Source: Candidatus Oxydemutator sp. (GTDB lineage: Bacteria; Pseudomonadota; Gammaproteobacteria; Poriferisulfidales; Oxydemutatoraceae). Taken from it: DNA of 64,000 bases. The notes under the pieces were generated by a model. That model saw only the letters and a list, made by a program, of their open reading frames with translations, ran no database searches and was not told the origin of the DNA. Each line of letters starts with the position of its first letter. The first letter of the stretch is position 1. Positions 62,906 to 64,000 of the stretch are shown here, in pieces. The translations under genes and the position numbers were made by a program. The stretch spans positions 2,193,843-2,257,842 of the forward strand of contig OZ241883.1 in the NCBI GenBank assembly GCA_965203445.1, written 5' to 3'.

Positions 62906-63514
62906 CTACCGCGCGCGTTTCTCCAACACTTTGAGCACGCGGTCGGTGACGTCTATGCGCTCGCTCGCGTAGATGACGGGTTCCGATACGATCAGGTCGA
63001 ACTTGTCCTTCTTCGCAATATCCGAGATCACCTTGGCCACCATCTTCCGGATCTCGGCCAGTTCCTCGTCTCTGCGCTCGGTGAAATCGCTCTGGAAGTC
63101 CTCCTTGCGCGAGCGCAGTTTGCGCCCCTTCGATATGATCTCGCGCTCGAGGCGTTTTTTCCGCTTCGCCTCCATCTTGTCGCGGTTGCGGCGCAGCCGG
63201 TCCTCAAGCCTGCCGATCTGCTCCTCGCTCTCGCGCAGTTTGTCGCCACGACCGGAAAACTCCTTCTCGAGACGCTCTTTCGCGGCCTTCGCCTGCGGTG
63301 CCTCCTGCATCACGCGCCCTAGGTTGACGAAACCGACGGTGAGGGATTTCTGCGCCGCCAGCGGCTGCCACGACAGCGCCGCGCCCAGGCACAGCGCCAG
63401 CGCCGCTTTCGGCGTCGTCCGCGGCGCGCGCGCCGCGGCTTCAGAAACTCGCGCCGAAGTCGAACTGAAAGGATTCGGTATCGTCATCGCGTTCGTCATT
63501 ATAATGCGTCGCAA
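62906..63514 (-). CDS. skp: Periplasmic chaperone Skp (OmpH)
   Basis: Signal peptide followed by a coiled-coil K/E/R-rich body. Position between bamA and lpxD. The track start is TTG; the true start may be the ATG at 63487. Confidence 0.8.
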   Translation of the reverse strand: MRRIIMTNAMTIPNPFSSTSARVSEAAARAPRTTPKAALALCLGAALSWQPLAAQKSLTVGFVNLGRVMQEAPQAKAAKERLEKEFSGRGDKLRESEEQIGRLEDRLRRNRDKMEAKRKKRLEREIISKGRKLRSRKEDFQSDFTERRDEELAEIRKMVAKVISDIAKKDKFDLIVSEPVIYASERIDVTDRVLKVLEKRAR

Positions 63515-64000
63515 AGTTAAAAGTAACCGCGCCGATGGCGGTCAGCCAGCTTACGTTCAAGCCGGCCGAACCGCGCAGGTCGCCCAGCGAAAAATCGCTG
63601 AATTTCTCGGTCACGTTGCCGACGTCGGTGAACAGGCTCAGGCGCAGTCTTGCCGGGTCGTAGACCACGCCGCTCGGGAAAAACAAGTCGAAATTTCCGA
63701 GCAGCCTGAAATTCCCGCCGATGGCGTCGTCCGGATCCACCGGATCCTTCGGGCCGATCGAGTTGTTCTGGTAGCCGCGCACGCTGCGGGTACCGCCGGC
63801 GTAGTAGCGGTCGTAAAACGGCACGTCCGGGGTGTCGCTGAGCGCGCTCGCGTACGATACGGTGGCGCGCGGCGAAAACACGAACCTGCGCTTGTCGTCG
63901 AGCGGCAGATAATGGTTTTGCGAATAATTCAGCTTGACGTAGCTCAAGCCGCCGCCGGGGCCGTATATTTCCGCCGAGCTGCGGATGCGCGCGCCCTCGG
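63441..64000 (-). CDS. bamA: Outer-membrane protein assembly factor BamA, C-terminal part (the start is beyond the window)
   Basis: The terminal beta-barrel strands end ...FQFDFGASF. The frame stays open to the window edge. Confidence 0.85.
   Translation of the reverse strand, partial: EGARIRSSAEIYGPGGGLSYVKLNYSQNHYLPLDDKRRFVFSPRATVSYASALSDTPDVPFYDRYYAGGTRSVRGYQNNSIGPKDPVDPDDAIGGNFRLLGNFDLFFPSGVVYDPARLRLSLFTDVGNVTEKFSDFSLGDLRGSAGLNVSWLTAIGAVTFNFATHYNDERDDDTESFQFDFGASF

Overview
This is a high-GC chromosomal segment, about 63-65% GC by eye. Gene content and synteny look gammaproteobacterial. Conserved blocks present are lptB, hflX-hflK-hflC-DUF2065-hisZ-purA, surE-pcm-nlpD, alaC-hom-thrC and bamA-skp-lpxD-fabZ-lpxA. 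A serine-cycle-type cluster (sgaA-mcl-mtkA-mtkB-hprA) sits with a 420-aa phosphofructokinase, which suggests a methylotroph-like lifestyle. Several lower-GC accessory segments interrupt this backbone. (1) A DoxX, DUF692 (MNIO) and DUF2063 cluster of the bufferin or RiPP-maturation type has no recognisable Cys-rich precursor; a 16-codon uORF with a strong SD is translationally coupled into doxX. (2) An AT-rich island carries a beta-class DNA methyltransferase divergent from a three-gene operon: a GHKL ATPase, a small unknown protein, and a protein with sigma-70 region-4 plus HARE-HTH-like domains. I read this as a candidate uncharacterised modification-based defence system. (3) A roughly 16-kb island lies next to tRNA-Asn. 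It holds a Type IV Mrr endonuclease, gene fragments, a 4078-aa secreted GLUG/Calx-beta modular giant protein and a DUF4143 AAA ATPase. The giant protein contains a near-identical 5307-bp tandem duplication. Direct repeats of about 254 bp flank it, and a threefold 13-mer lies in the ATPase promoter. Other observations are a frameshifted 2Fe-2S/FNR oxidoreductase, a TnpB remnant where hfq normally sits, tandem paralogous lipoproteins, and widespread start/stop codon overlaps (ATGA or TGATG). Many start sites in the supplied ORF track are non-ATG (GTG or TTG) or lie upstream of the likely true start. I trimmed coordinates where homology made the true start clear.
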